This document shows, piece after piece, positions 28,902 to 39,312 of a DNA stretch of 64,000 nt (position 1 is its first letter; the number at the start of each line of letters is the position of its first letter). The notes under the pieces were generated by a model. It did no database searches. It saw nothing but the letters and a program-made list of their open reading frames with translations, and was not told the DNA's origin. The translations under genes were made by a program, and so were the position numbers. Source of the DNA: Bdellovibrionales bacterium (GTDB taxonomy: Bacteria > Bdellovibrionota > Bdellovibrionia > Bdellovibrionales > UBA1609). The stretch lies in assembly GCA_015163875.1 (NCBI GenBank), contig JAAOIH010000001.1, forward strand, positions 81,641-145,640, read 5' to 3'.

Positions 28902-30116
28902 ATGCTACTTTTGCAATTAGCTTTTAAGTATACAAAATCACAGCTGTTAAAGCCATCTTATCTGCTTGCTGTTTTTAGTTTTTCTTTGGCAATTTCATTA
29001 ATGCTTGTTTCTTTGCTTGTGATGAGCGCTTATGAAAAAACTTTTGAAAAAAGTATTACTAAATTTTTAGGACAAATACAAATTTCTTATCTGTCACCAA
29101 AAGTGTCTTCTTTAAATATTTTAAATTATTTAAAAATAAAAAATATTAATATTAAAAAAACCTCATCTTTTATTCACCAAGAGGCACTTATTGTAAAAGA
29201 CGGAAATGTTAGAGGCATTTTGCTAGAGGGGCTTGCATTTTTTGAAAAAAACTCAAGCCAATTTTTTTTAAAAAAAACATTAAAAAACTATGATAATAAA
29301 AATTTTTCTAAAGACAGGTACGCAGCCTATGTCCCCACACTTTTAATGAAGGATATGTCTTTAAAATTAGGAGATAAATTTTCTACAGTAGTTGCAAAAA
29401 GTATTAAAAAATCATCTTTTAGCAGAAAAGTTTTAAAATTTTATGTTAAGGGAGTTTTAGATTTTGGAAGATCAGATTATAACAGACGCTATCTTTTAAC
29501 TTCTTTTAAAGCTTTACAAAAACCCCTAGGCCTGTCGTCAAACAAAACAAGTGGAATTAGATTGTGGTTAAAAAATAAAAATCTTTCTAAAAAAATATCT
29601 CTCGATATACAAAATTATTTTCAAGGCAGCGTTTCTTCAAGGCATTGGAGACAATGGGCAAATAATTTACTAGAGGCAACAAAAAGTCAAAAAAAAATGA
29701 TTTTTTTAGTTTTGTTAATTATTTTAATAATTGCCGCATTTAATATTATGAGCGCGCTGTTTATTTTAATTGTACAAAAAACAAAAGAGCTAAGCATACT
29801 AAGGGTTGCAGGATTAAGCTCTAAATCAATCTATATTGTGTTTGGCTTAAAGGCCATATTTACCGGAGTGTTATCTTTGATACTTGGCTTTGCCATGGGG
29901 TATTTATGGGCTTATTTATTTTTATTAATACAGTCTAGATATTTCTCTATTTTATCACAAATTTATAAACTTAATCATCTTAAGCTTGGTCTTCCACTAT
30001 CTGATATGTTAACTATTATAATAGTAGTTTTATTTTTGGTTTTATTAACGGCTATAATTCCAATATACAGGGCCGGAAAAAATAGTTTGCTAGAGGGTCT
30101 TTCACATGAACTTTGA
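28902..30116 (+). CDS. LolC/LolE-family lipoprotein-release ABC permease (FtsX/MacB-type)
   Basis: N-terminal TM, a periplasmic loop of about 230 aa, and three C-terminal TMs. It overlaps the downstream LolD-like ATPase gene. Confidence 0.8.
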   Translation: MLLLQLAFKYTKSQLLKPSYLLAVFSFSLAISLMLVSLLVMSAYEKTFEKSITKFLGQIQISYLSPKVSSLNILNYLKIKNINIKKTSSFIHQEALIVKDGNVRGILLEGLAFFEKNSSQFFLKKTLKNYDNKNFSKDRYAAYVPTLLMKDMSLKLGDKFSTVVAKSIKKSSFSRKVLKFYVKGVLDFGRSDYNRRYLLTSFKALQKPLGLSSNKTSGIRLWLKNKNLSKKISLDIQNYFQGSVSSRHWRQWANNLLEATKSQKKMIFLVLLIILIIAAFNIMSALFILIVQKTKELSILRVAGLSSKSIYIVFGLKAIFTGVLSLILGFAMGYLWAYLFLLIQSRYFSILSQIYKLNHLKLGLPLSDMLTIIIVVLFLVLLTAIIPIYRAGKNSLLEGLSHEL

Positions 30117-30846
30117 TAATTTTTTAGTAGATGATTCTATAATAAATTCTAATTCTCCAATTTTAATTAAAGCAACTGGCATTGTAAAAAATTTTTATCA
30201 AGCAAAAGAAGAAGTAAAAGTTCTACAATCTGTAGATTTTACTTTAAAAAAACAAGAAAGCGTTGCCATAACAGGTGTCTCTGGCGCTGGAAAAAGCACA
30301 TTATTACATATTTTAGCAACATTGATGGAGCCAACATCTGGAACAATTAAATTAGGGTCAATAAATATAGATTACAATAATACAAAAGAATTAGAAAGCT
30401 TGCGTCGTAAAAATTTGGGAATTGTTTTTCAATTTCATTATCTTTTAGAAGATTTTTCTGTTTTAGAAAATGTATTATTACCATTGCGAATTAAATCTTT
30501 TTATGGATCTGCAATTGCGCCAAGTTATGCTAAAAAAAAGGCAAAAGATCTTTTAGTTTATTTAGGCCTAGGGCATAGGTTAAATTTTTACCCAAAAGAT
30601 TTAAGTGGAGGTGAAAAGCAAAGAGTAGCTATTGCAAGAGCACTAATTCACGAACCAGATATTTTGTTTGCAGACGAGCCAACTGGAAACTTAGATGAAG
30701 AAAACGGAGAAAAATTACAGCAATTATTATTTGAATTACAAAAAGATTTAGGTCTGTCTTTGGTGGTGGTGACTCACGATATAAACTTTGCACTAGAGTG
30801 TGATAGCAGTTTGTCTATGAGGGCAGGACAGTGGGAGAATTTTTAG
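30106..30846 (+). CDS. lolD: lipoprotein-release ABC transporter ATP-binding protein
   Basis: Walker A GVSGAGKSTLLHIL, signature [15 protein letters not shown], Walker B ILFADEPTGNLD. Confidence 0.85.
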   Translation: MNFDNFLVDDSIINSNSPILIKATGIVKNFYQAKEEVKVLQSVDFTLKKQESVAITGVSGAGKSTLLHILATLMEPTSGTIKLGSINIDYNNTKELESLRRKNLGIVFQFHYLLEDFSVLENVLLPLRIKSFYGSAIAPSYAKKKAKDLLVYLGLGHRLNFYPKDLSGGEKQRVAIARALIHEPDILFADEPTGNLDEENGEKLQQLLFELQKDLGLSLVVVTHDINFALECDSSLSMRAGQWENF

Positions 30847-30916
30847 CTTTTTTACTTGCGATTATTTATTTTTGAGTTAAGTTTTAAGTGAATATTTTTT
30901 GGAGCCATAACAATAA

Positions 30917-33223
30917 ATGCATAAATATATTATTTTTTTTCTTTTATTTTTTTCGTCGTTTATGCTAGAGGCAAGAGTTGTCGGCTCTATTATAGTTAAA
31001 GGAAATAAAAGATTATCTAATTCTGTGATAAAAAGCACACTTAGTACAAAATTGTATCAAAGTTGTTTTAAAATTAATACAACTGCAGATTTAAAAAATT
31101 TAGAAGACTTAGATCAATTTAGTTTTATTAGAGTAGATAAAAAAATATTATCTAAAAAATATTGCAGAATTATTTATAAAGTTAAAGAAAGACCACTTTT
31201 AGAAAATTTATATTTAAATGGAATAAAAACTCCAAAAGATGAAGATGTAAAAAAAGCATTACTGTTAAAATCTGGAACAGTTTTTAATCAAGTTAAATTA
31301 AAAGAAAGCATATCAAACTTAAAAACACTTTATGAGTCAGAAGGTCTGTTTGCTTCAAAAATTAATTACAAACTAACCAGATTAAAAAATAAAAATTATA
31401 AATTACAAATTAATGTAGTAGAAAAAAAATCTGCAAAAATTAAAAACATACAAATTTTTGGAAATAATAATTTATCTATAACAAAAATTAGATCGTTTAT
31501 GCAAACCTCAGAAAAAAATATTTTTAGTTTTATTACAGACTCTGGAGTTTATAAAAAAGAAGTTTTAAGCAGAGACATTCAGTTAATTCGTTATTTATAT
31601 TTACAAAATGGTTATTATAATGCTCAAATTAGCAAACCTAAAATTTATTTAGATAAAATTAACAACTCTATTAGTATTGTAATTAATATTACAGAAGGAG
31701 AAAAATATTTTATAGGAAAATTAGAATTTAATTCTAGCTCCTTTGGACAAGACGAATTAAAAAAGAAAATTCCATTAAAACAGGGAGACGCGTTTTCTTA
31801 TACTCAGTTTCAAAATAGCATTAAAGTTTTAGAAAATTTATATGGCGATAAATCTCACGCATTTATAAGCGTTTTGCCAGATATAAAAACAAACAAAAAA
31901 ACAAAATTATTAAACATTGTATTTAGTTTTAACTTAGGCCCAAAGGTTAAAATAGGAAGCGTAACAGTTACCGGAAACACAAGAACTCACGATCATGTAA
32001 TTCGTAGAGAAATATTATTATCTGGTGGTGAAGATTACAGTAATAGTAAAAAAACAGAAAGTGCTGACAGAGTTCGTTATCTTGGATTTTTTGAATCAGT
32101 AAATTTAGTAACCGCATCTTCTTTAAGCCGGCCAAACGAAGTAGATTTAAATTTAATAGTAAAACCTAAAAGGGTTGGAAGCATTAATTTGTCAGCAGGA
32201 TACAGTGAATATTTAGGCGCATCTTTTAAAGCTGGAGTAAATCAACCTAATTTTTTAGGATTAGGCCACACATTAGTAAGCTCTGTTGATTTTAGTAAAA
32301 AGAATTTTTTAGTAAATGTTAGCTACATTTACCCAAGGTTTTTAAATACTGATTGGGATATGTCTGGAAGTATTTTTAATAGCAGATCTGACAGACAAGA
32401 ATATAAAGATAATAAAACTGGATTTTCTATTAGAGGATCTAAATCTTTAAGCAAAAGATGGTCAAATTTTTATAGCTACTCTTTAAAAAATACTAAAATT
32501 AAATTAGAAAAAAGTGGAGATCCAGATTTATTTCCAGTAGAAACAGTTAATGGAATTTCTAGCACAGCAGGGATTGGGCTAACTTATGACTCTAGAGATA
32601 ACAGCATTAACCCATCTGCTGGGCAGTATTTTAATGTTGCCTACGATCATACTGGAGTTGGGGGAGATTTAAATTTTTCTATTTTTTCTTCACAATTTAG
32701 ATTTTATAAAACAATTTCAAAATCTTTAGATTTAGTTTGGAAAAATAATTTTAATTATGCACAGTTATTTGCATCAGGCGGAGCTTATCCATTTAATGAG
32801 CTATTTTTGCTAGGAGGGCCGCTAAGCTTAAGAGGTTATGATTGGTTTTCTGTAGGTCCGTATAAATTTTCTAAAAAAGCCTATGATGCAATCAATAGTA
32901 ACCCAGAAAATGACAAAATAGACGATACACGCAAAAGATTTTTATCAGAAAAGGCCTTTGGAGGAAGTAAAAAAATATTATTTCAAACTGAATTAGAATT
33001 TCCTCTACTTCCGGAAGCTAAAATTAGAGGGGCAGTGTTTTTTGATGCAGGTTTATCAGACAATGATTTTAATTTTAAAAATATTCAAAGTGATGTAGGG
33101 GTTGGAATTCGATGGTTTTCTCCTATCGGGCCGTTGAGATTTGAGTTTGGCTGGCCCATTAATCCAGGCCCACATTACAGCCCTGAATACAAATTTCAGT
33201 TTTATATTGGAAATTCTTTTTAA
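30917..33223 (+). CDS. bamA: outer membrane protein assembly factor BamA
   Basis: Signal peptide, repeated POTRA-like modules, and a C-terminal beta-barrel ending in FQFYIGNSF (terminal aromatic). Followed by skp-fabZ-lpxA-lpxB. Confidence 0.9.
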   Translation: MHKYIIFFLLFFSSFMLEARVVGSIIVKGNKRLSNSVIKSTLSTKLYQSCFKINTTADLKNLEDLDQFSFIRVDKKILSKKYCRIIYKVKERPLLENLYLNGIKTPKDEDVKKALLLKSGTVFNQVKLKESISNLKTLYESEGLFASKINYKLTRLKNKNYKLQINVVEKKSAKIKNIQIFGNNNLSITKIRSFMQTSEKNIFSFITDSGVYKKEVLSRDIQLIRYLYLQNGYYNAQISKPKIYLDKINNSISIVINITEGEKYFIGKLEFNSSSFGQDELKKKIPLKQGDAFSYTQFQNSIKVLENLYGDKSHAFISVLPDIKTNKKTKLLNIVFSFNLGPKVKIGSVTVTGNTRTHDHVIRREILLSGGEDYSNSKKTESADRVRYLGFFESVNLVTASSLSRPNEVDLNLIVKPKRVGSINLSAGYSEYLGASFKAGVNQPNFLGLGHTLVSSVDFSKKNFLVNVSYIYPRFLNTDWDMSGSIFNSRSDRQEYKDNKTGFSIRGSKSLSKRWSNFYSYSLKNTKIKLEKSGDPDLFPVETVNGISSTAGIGLTYDSRDNSINPSAGQYFNVAYDHTGVGGDLNFSIFSSQFRFYKTISKSLDLVWKNNFNYAQLFASGGAYPFNELFLLGGPLSLRGYDWFSVGPYKFSKKAYDAINSNPENDKIDDTRKRFLSEKAFGGSKKILFQTELEFPLLPEAKIRGAVFFDAGLSDNDFNFKNIQSDVGVGIRWFSPIGPLRFEFGWPINPGPHYSPEYKFQFYIGNSF

Positions 33224-33284
33224 TTTTCTATTTGGCAAGTTTTATAAAGTATTATAGGCTTTATATATATCAACGGAGGAATAT

Positions 33285-33788
33285 ATGTTTACTAGTTTTA
33301 AATTATGCTTAGTTATTTTAATTTATGGATTTACAGTTTCTGTTTCTGCAAAAACAGTGTTTGTAAATATGCAATATATCTTGCAAACAGTAAAGGCTGG
33401 AAAAAAAGCTAAAAATGTTTTGGCAAGAGAATTTAAAAAAAAGAAAAAATTTTTAGAGAAACAAGAAAAAAATTTAAAAAAACTTGGAAATGATCTAGAA
33501 AAAAAACGATCTGTTTTGTCAGACAGTATTTTTTTACAAAAACAAAACAATTTACAAAAACAAATTTTAAAATATAGAGAAAGCGTTGCAAAGTCGCAAT
33601 CTGATATTCAAAAACGAGAAAGAAAACTTACGCTTCCTATTTTAAAAAATGTACAAAAACTAATTAAATCTTTGGCAAAAACTAATAAATATTCTGTAGT
33701 TTTAGAAAGACAAAGCATTGTTTGGGCCAATGACAATTTAGATATTACTAAAAAAGTGGTAAAAGCCTATAATAGAAAGTATCGTTAA
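33285..33788 (+). CDS. skp: OmpH/Skp periplasmic chaperone
   Basis: Signal peptide. 167 aa, K/Q-rich coiled-coil. Canonical position after bamA. Confidence 0.75.
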   Translation: MFTSFKLCLVILIYGFTVSVSAKTVFVNMQYILQTVKAGKKAKNVLAREFKKKKKFLEKQEKNLKKLGNDLEKKRSVLSDSIFLQKQNNLQKQILKYRESVAKSQSDIQKRERKLTLPILKNVQKLIKSLAKTNKYSVVLERQSIVWANDNLDITKKVVKAYNRKYR

Positions 33789-33802
33789 TAGGAATTTTTT
33801 AC

Positions 33803-34246
33803 ATGCCAACTTCTTTATCTATTGAGGAAATAAAAAAATATATTCCTCATAGATTTCCATTTTTATTAATAGATAAAGTAATCAATATTGATTATAATAA
33901 GCAAGTAGTAGGCTCTAAAACAAAAGCATTAAAAAATATTTCACCAGATGATCAAATTTTTAAAGGACACTTTCCTGGAAATCCTATTTTTCCAGGAGTT
34001 TTAATTATAGAATCCATGGCTCAGACAATGGCAATTTTAATGAGTTACGGAAATCATGAATCCAAAACTCCTTTGCTAGCTAGAATTAAAAATGCTAAGT
34101 TTAAGTTGCCAGTTTATCCAGGCGATCAGTTGGAATTATCTTGTGTAATTACAAAGTATAAAGAACCAAATGTTTTGGGGATGGCAAAAGCATTTGTAAA
34201 TGATAAGTTAGTTGCAGAGGCTGAATTATTTTGTCATTTAAAATAA
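33803..34246 (+). CDS. fabZ: 3-hydroxyacyl-ACP dehydratase
   Basis: HRFPFLLIDKV and GHFPGNPIFPGVLIIESMAQ. Confidence 0.93.
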   Translation: MPTSLSIEEIKKYIPHRFPFLLIDKVINIDYNKQVVGSKTKALKNISPDDQIFKGHFPGNPIFPGVLIIESMAQTMAILMSYGNHESKTPLLARIKNAKFKLPVYPGDQLELSCVITKYKEPNVLGMAKAFVNDKLVAEAELFCHLK

Positions 34247-34279
34247 TTTATAATTTTTTATATAGGTTCTAATATTATT

Positions 34280-35068
34280 ATGTCTACAAAAATTCACTCA
34301 ACTGCAGAAGTTTCTTTATCCGCACAATTAGACGACGGAGTGGTGGTCGGACCATATAGTGTTATACATAAAAATGTTCATATTAAAAAAAATACAGTAA
34401 TAGACAGTCATGTTTGCATAGGCTCTTCATTAACAGATGTTGTTATTGGAAAAGATAATCATATTTTTAGCAGCTCAATGATTGGCTTACCTCCACAAGA
34501 TTTAAGTTACAAAGGAGAAAAAACAAAACTATCTATCGGGGACAATAATATTATAAGATCTTTTGCAACACTTGATGCAGGAACAATTAAAGACAAAGGT
34601 CTTACAAAAATTGGAAGTGGTAATTTAATTATGGCTTATGTTCACATAGCTCATGATTGTTGCATTGGAGATTATTCTGTTCTTTCAAATTTAGTTCAAC
34701 TAGCAGGTCATGTTAACATTGATGACAAAGTTGTTGTTGGAGGTGGAACTTTAATTGCACAAAAAGTTAGATTAGGAAGTTTGTCCTATGTAACAGGCGA
34801 CAGCTCTGTAAATAAAGATATTCCGCCTTTTAGTATTGCAACAGGACGATGGGCTAGCGTTAGGGCCGTAAATAAAATTGGATTACAAAGGGCTAATATT
34901 GAACAAAAAGAAATTCTTGAACTGCATAGTGTTTTTAGATCTATGTTAAGTGATAAAAATACTCAAGAAGAGTGGCTTAATAAATTAGAAGCTCAAAAAA
35001 ATGTATCAGATAAAATAAAAATTTTAATAAAATTTGTAAAATCATCAAGTTTGGGTTTGGCCAGGTGA
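34280..35068 (+). CDS. lpxA: acyl-ACP--UDP-N-acetylglucosamine O-acyltransferase
   Basis: Left-handed beta-helix hexapeptide repeats plus a helical C-terminal domain. 262 aa. Sits between fabZ and lpxB. Confidence 0.9.
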   Translation: MSTKIHSTAEVSLSAQLDDGVVVGPYSVIHKNVHIKKNTVIDSHVCIGSSLTDVVIGKDNHIFSSSMIGLPPQDLSYKGEKTKLSIGDNNIIRSFATLDAGTIKDKGLTKIGSGNLIMAYVHIAHDCCIGDYSVLSNLVQLAGHVNIDDKVVVGGGTLIAQKVRLGSLSYVTGDSSVNKDIPPFSIATGRWASVRAVNKIGLQRANIEQKEILELHSVFRSMLSDKNTQEEWLNKLEAQKNVSDKIKILIKFVKSSSLGLAR

Positions 35069-36213
35069 GCCTTAGTCTTTTTATTTCTGCAGCAGAGGAT
35101 TCGGGCCATCTTTATGGCGAGCAGCTATTAGATTATTTACTAACACAAGAGCCTAATTTAAAATCATTTGGGCTTGGCAGTAAAAAAATGCAGCAAAAAG
35201 GATTTGATTCTCTTTTTTCGTCTAAAGAATTTTCAATTATTGGCATTACTGATGTTTTTAAAAAATATTTTTTTTTAAAAAGAGCTTTTAATAAATTAGT
35301 AAAAGAAATCAAATTAAAAAAACCATCAGTTGTTTTATTAATAGACTATCCAGGCTTTAATTTAAGATTAGCAAAAGAATGTAAAAAAATAAATATACCA
35401 GTTGTTTATTTTATTCCACCTAAAATTTGGGCATCTAGAGAAAATAGAATTAAAGATTTAAAAAATACTTGTGACAAAATAGTATCTATTTTTGAATTTG
35501 AAAAAAGTTTTTATAAAGATTTTAAAGATAAATTTGTATATGTAGGAAATCCATTAGTAAATAATATCCCTCAAGATTATTTAGATTCAGACATTAATAA
35601 ATCCATTAAAAGTAAATACGGATTTTCAAAAAACAATAAAATTATTGGGCTGCTCCCAGGCAGCAGAAACAGCGAAATTAAATATATTTTACCAACCCAA
35701 ATACAAGTAGCAGAGCAGTTATATAAAAATAATCCAAACTTGGTATTTGGAATTTTTTTAGCACCGTCTATAGATAAAATTAGTGTACAAAAATATTTAA
35801 CAAACACCAGCCTTCCAATCTCTATTATAAAGGCAGATTCTAAAATTGCTTTGCGAATACCAGATTTTATTTTATGCTCTTCTGGCACCGCGGTATTATA
35901 TGCCGCCTTATTTTTAAAGCCATGTGTTGTTATGTACAAGGTTAGCAGTATAACATTTTTTATAGCAAAATTTATTTTAAATAAAAACTTAAAATTTTTT
36001 AGTTTGCCAAATTTAATTTTAAATAAAAAAATATTTCCAGAATTTATACAAAATAATATGAATGTAAAAAATATTTTACAATATGTAGAGGACTACTTAC
36101 TATCAGAGCCATTGCAAAACCAAACAAAAAAAGATTTAAATACTTTAAAAGATACTTTAAAACAAAAGCAACCCATTAAAGAACTTGGTAATATTTTATT
36201 AAACTATAGATAA
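35065..36213 (+). CDS. lpxB: lipid-A-disaccharide synthase
   Basis: FISAAEDSGHLYG N-terminus and IDYPGFNLRLAKECKK. 382 aa. GTG start overlapping the lpxA stop. Confidence 0.88.
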   Translation: MSLSLFISAAEDSGHLYGEQLLDYLLTQEPNLKSFGLGSKKMQQKGFDSLFSSKEFSIIGITDVFKKYFFLKRAFNKLVKEIKLKKPSVVLLIDYPGFNLRLAKECKKINIPVVYFIPPKIWASRENRIKDLKNTCDKIVSIFEFEKSFYKDFKDKFVYVGNPLVNNIPQDYLDSDINKSIKSKYGFSKNNKIIGLLPGSRNSEIKYILPTQIQVAEQLYKNNPNLVFGIFLAPSIDKISVQKYLTNTSLPISIIKADSKIALRIPDFILCSSGTAVLYAALFLKPCVVMYKVSSITFFIAKFILNKNLKFFSLPNLILNKKIFPEFIQNNMNVKNILQYVEDYLLSEPLQNQTKKDLNTLKDTLKQKQPIKELGNILLNYR

Positions 36214-36216
36214 TTT

Positions 36217-37299
36217 ATGTTATATTTTTTATCCTTACTTTTTAAATTTATCGTTTTTATTAAAAATTATTTATATGATAATTCTTATTTAAAAATTAAA
36301 AATTTACCATTACCAGTTATAAGTATTGGCAATTTATCTGCTGGAGGGGCTGGAAAAACACCATTGGCTGATTATCTAATAAAATATTTATTAAGTAATA
36401 AAAAAAAACCAGCTATTTTATCAAGGGGATATGGAAGAAAGTCTAAAGGAATAAAAATTTTAAATAACAAAACATCAAGGCCTGCAACATTTTTTGGTGA
36501 CGAAGCTTTTATGTTGTATTCTAAACACAATATTGATTGTGTTGTGGGGGTAAGTAGATATAAATCTGCAAAATATTTATTAAGTAAAAAAACTGTAGAT
36601 TATTTTATTTTAGACGACGGACTTCAACACAGGCAATTATTTAGAGATTTAAATATTGTTTTATTAGACGCAAGTAAAAATAAAGATTTTTACAAAATGT
36701 TACCACTAGGAAGGCTCAGAGAAGATTTTACTTCTTTAAAAAGAGCAGATATTATTTTATTTACAAAAGTAAATTTAATTTCACAAGACAAGCTAGTAGA
36801 ATTTAAAAAATATGTAAACTCTAAGTTTTGTATAGACAATGTATTAACTTGCGATTTAGATTACTGTTTGTCAGATTTTGTATCTGATAAAAATACAGAA
36901 ATAAATAAATCAATGCCAGTAGTTTTATTATCAGGAATTGCAAATCCTCAGGTATTTAAAAAAAATATCTTAGATAAAAATATACTAGTAAAAAAACACT
37001 TTGTTTACAGCGATCATTTTGTTTATACAAAATCTAAAATAAATGATATTTTATATTATTGCAAAAACAATAATATAACACAAATTATTTGTACCGAAAA
37101 AGATTGGCATAAGTTAAAAGAGTTTTATGAGCTAAAAGATTTTTTATTTTATGCCAAACTTAAAATAAATTTTTTAAACAACGAAGATTTATTTTTAAAT
37201 AAACTACTTTCTTTAGGCTCACAAAGCCAAACAATCAATACAATAAAAACGGGGCCCACAAGTGACAAAGGTGCATCTTTAAACAAGGCGGATTTTTGA
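36217..37299 (+). CDS. lpxK: tetraacyldisaccharide 4-prime-kinase
   Basis: P-loop GNLSAGGAGKTP, LSRGYGRK, ILDDGLQH. Confidence 0.85.
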   Translation: MLYFLSLLFKFIVFIKNYLYDNSYLKIKNLPLPVISIGNLSAGGAGKTPLADYLIKYLLSNKKKPAILSRGYGRKSKGIKILNNKTSRPATFFGDEAFMLYSKHNIDCVVGVSRYKSAKYLLSKKTVDYFILDDGLQHRQLFRDLNIVLLDASKNKDFYKMLPLGRLREDFTSLKRADIILFTKVNLISQDKLVEFKKYVNSKFCIDNVLTCDLDYCLSDFVSDKNTEINKSMPVVLLSGIANPQVFKKNILDKNILVKKHFVYSDHFVYTKSKINDILYYCKNNNITQIICTEKDWHKLKEFYELKDFLFYAKLKINFLNNEDLFLNKLLSLGSQSQTINTIKTGPTSDKGASLNKADF

Positions 37300-38048
37300 T
37301 AAAAATATATTATTTATTTATTTATTTATTTTTGTTTTCTAATACTTTGACAGCAAAAAATAAAAAAAATTTTTACAAAGAAGAGTATGTCTATAAAGTT
37401 AAATATTTTAATGTTAATATTGGCGAAATTAAACTTGTTATTACTAATAAAGATACAAAAAAATCAAATTTTGTAATGAAGCTAGATACTAAAAAAAAAT
37501 GGTCATGGATTTATAGTTTACATCAACTTATTAATGCAAAATTTAAAAATAACTTTTCGCAATTAATAAAATGGAATAATATTAAAAAAGAAAAATATAA
37601 AAGTAAATATGAAAATATAAAATTATCATTTTACCGGTCTAAATTAAAAAAAATAAAACTAACTTTTTTTAATAAAAAGAAAAAAATTATTAATAAGCGT
37701 TTTTTTATCTTGTCAAAAAATAAAATTGTGCACAGTCCATGGACAGCTCCGTGGTATGTAGCCACTTTAAATTTAAAAAATAAAAAAAGTAAAATAATAC
37801 ATCTTTTATATAAGGGCAAATTGGTTAAAGCCAAAATTAACAAATTAAATAAAAAAACTATTTTAGTCTTAAAAAAAAAGATAAAAACACAGATATTTTC
37901 AGTTTCGTCTATAAAAAACAAATCAATATCTTTAAAAATATGGGTTAGTAAGTATAAAAAAAATAATATAGTTAGCAATTTTAATTTAAAATTAAAAACA
38001 GGAAGATTAAAAGCAAGTTTAAAATCTTATAAAAAAGAGCCTTTGTAA
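37296..38048 (+). CDS. very basic hypothetical exported protein (possibly DUF3108-like)
   Basis: Signal peptide IYYLFIYLFLFSNTLTA and an alternating beta-strand-like K-rich sequence. TTG start overlapping the lpxK stop. The family assignment is a recollection, not verified. Confidence 0.45.
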   Translation: MIKIYYLFIYLFLFSNTLTAKNKKNFYKEEYVYKVKYFNVNIGEIKLVITNKDTKKSNFVMKLDTKKKWSWIYSLHQLINAKFKNNFSQLIKWNNIKKEKYKSKYENIKLSFYRSKLKKIKLTFFNKKKKIINKRFFILSKNKIVHSPWTAPWYVATLNLKNKKSKIIHLLYKGKLVKAKINKLNKKTILVLKKKIKTQIFSVSSIKNKSISLKIWVSKYKKNNIVSNFNLKLKTGRLKASLKSYKKEPL

Positions 38049-38668
38049 TGCAAAAGTGTATTTTAAAATATATTAAATGTTTAAAAGATCAAAAAGTTAT
38101 AGCATTTCCAACAGATACAGTTTGGGGGCTAAGCGTAGATGCTCTTAATTTGCAGGCAATTGATAATTTAATAAATATCAAAAAAAGAAAATTAAATAAA
38201 AGTTTTAGCGTATTAATTTCTTCTGTAGATAAATTAAATCAATATGCGATATTATCTGATTTTGAAAAATTATTAGTTAAAGAGGTTTGGCCAGGATCGT
38301 TTAGCATAGTCTTTAAAGCCAAAGATTTAAACTGGGCAAAGCAGCTTGGCTCGCAAAACGGAAGCATAGCATTTCGCTGTATAAATAATAAATTTACTAA
38401 AAATTTATTAGATAAATGGGGAGGAGCTTTAATAACAACTAGTGCCAACTCCAGTGGTTCAAAAGTTTGCAATAACTCACACGACATATTAAAACTAAGC
38501 CCAGATATTAAAATTTGTTCTTATTTTATTAATTTTGTAGAAAAATTAAATACCCCAAGCACGGTGATTAAAGTTTTGGATAAAAAAATTAAAATTTTAA
38601 GAAACTCTTATCAATATGATTTACTTAAAGAAATAGCGGCTAAAAAAAATTGGACTTTAAATGAGTAA
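38048..38668 (+). CDS. tsaC: L-threonylcarbamoyladenylate synthase (TsaC/YrdC family)
   Basis: AFPTDTVWGLSVDA and ITTSANSSGS motifs. 206 aa. Confidence 0.85.
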   Translation: MQKCILKYIKCLKDQKVIAFPTDTVWGLSVDALNLQAIDNLINIKKRKLNKSFSVLISSVDKLNQYAILSDFEKLLVKEVWPGSFSIVFKAKDLNWAKQLGSQNGSIAFRCINNKFTKNLLDKWGGALITTSANSSGSKVCNNSHDILKLSPDIKICSYFINFVEKLNTPSTVIKVLDKKIKILRNSYQYDLLKEIAAKKNWTLNE

Positions 38669-39245
38669 GCCTGTAAAAATTTTTTCTAAACTTGACGACA
38701 TAGATTTTACATCTTGTGTATTAAGCATTGGCAATTTTGATGGAGTTCATATAGCGCACCAAGCTTTATTAAAAAAATTGTTAACAAAAAAAAAAGAATA
38801 TAAATCTCCATCAGTAGTTGTTAGTTTTGAGCCACATCCAGTAGAGTTTTTTACAAAAAAAAAGATTCGTTTGTTTTCTAGCAAATATATGGCAAGCCAA
38901 TTAACAAAAATAGGAATTGATTATTTAATTTTATTAAAATTTGATCAAGAACTTGCATCTTTAAGCGCAAAAGATTTTTTAGAAAAAAAACTACAAATAC
39001 TTAGACCAAAGGCCATAGTTGTTGGCACAGATTTTTGTTTTGGCAACATGGCCCTAGGTACTGCCGACACTTTAAAAGCATGGTCTTTGTCTAACGGGGT
39101 TGATTGTTATATTTTTCCAGATGTTTACCTTGGAAATAGTAAAGTTTCTAGCTCAAGAATTCGCAACTGCTACGAAAAAAATAAATTAAAAGAGCTAGAA
39201 GATTTATTGGGAAGACCTGCAACAGAACTCAAGAACATAAAATAG
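38661..39245 (+). CDS. ribF: FMN adenylyltransferase (FAD synthetase) domain protein; RibF N-terminal domain only
   Basis: SIGNFDGVHIAHQALL, VVSFEPHP and SSSRIRN motifs. The ORF stops right after LLGRP, where the riboflavin kinase domain normally begins. Confidence 0.75.
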   Translation: MSKPVKIFSKLDDIDFTSCVLSIGNFDGVHIAHQALLKKLLTKKKEYKSPSVVVSFEPHPVEFFTKKKIRLFSSKYMASQLTKIGIDYLILLKFDQELASLSAKDFLEKKLQILRPKAIVVGTDFCFGNMALGTADTLKAWSLSNGVDCYIFPDVYLGNSKVSSSRIRNCYEKNKLKELEDLLGRPATELKNIK

Positions 39246-39312
39246 ACTTTAGTATAGACAAACTTACTTTAGTTTTTGTGTTTTTTATCCGTCTATAATA
39301 ATAGGAGTTCTT

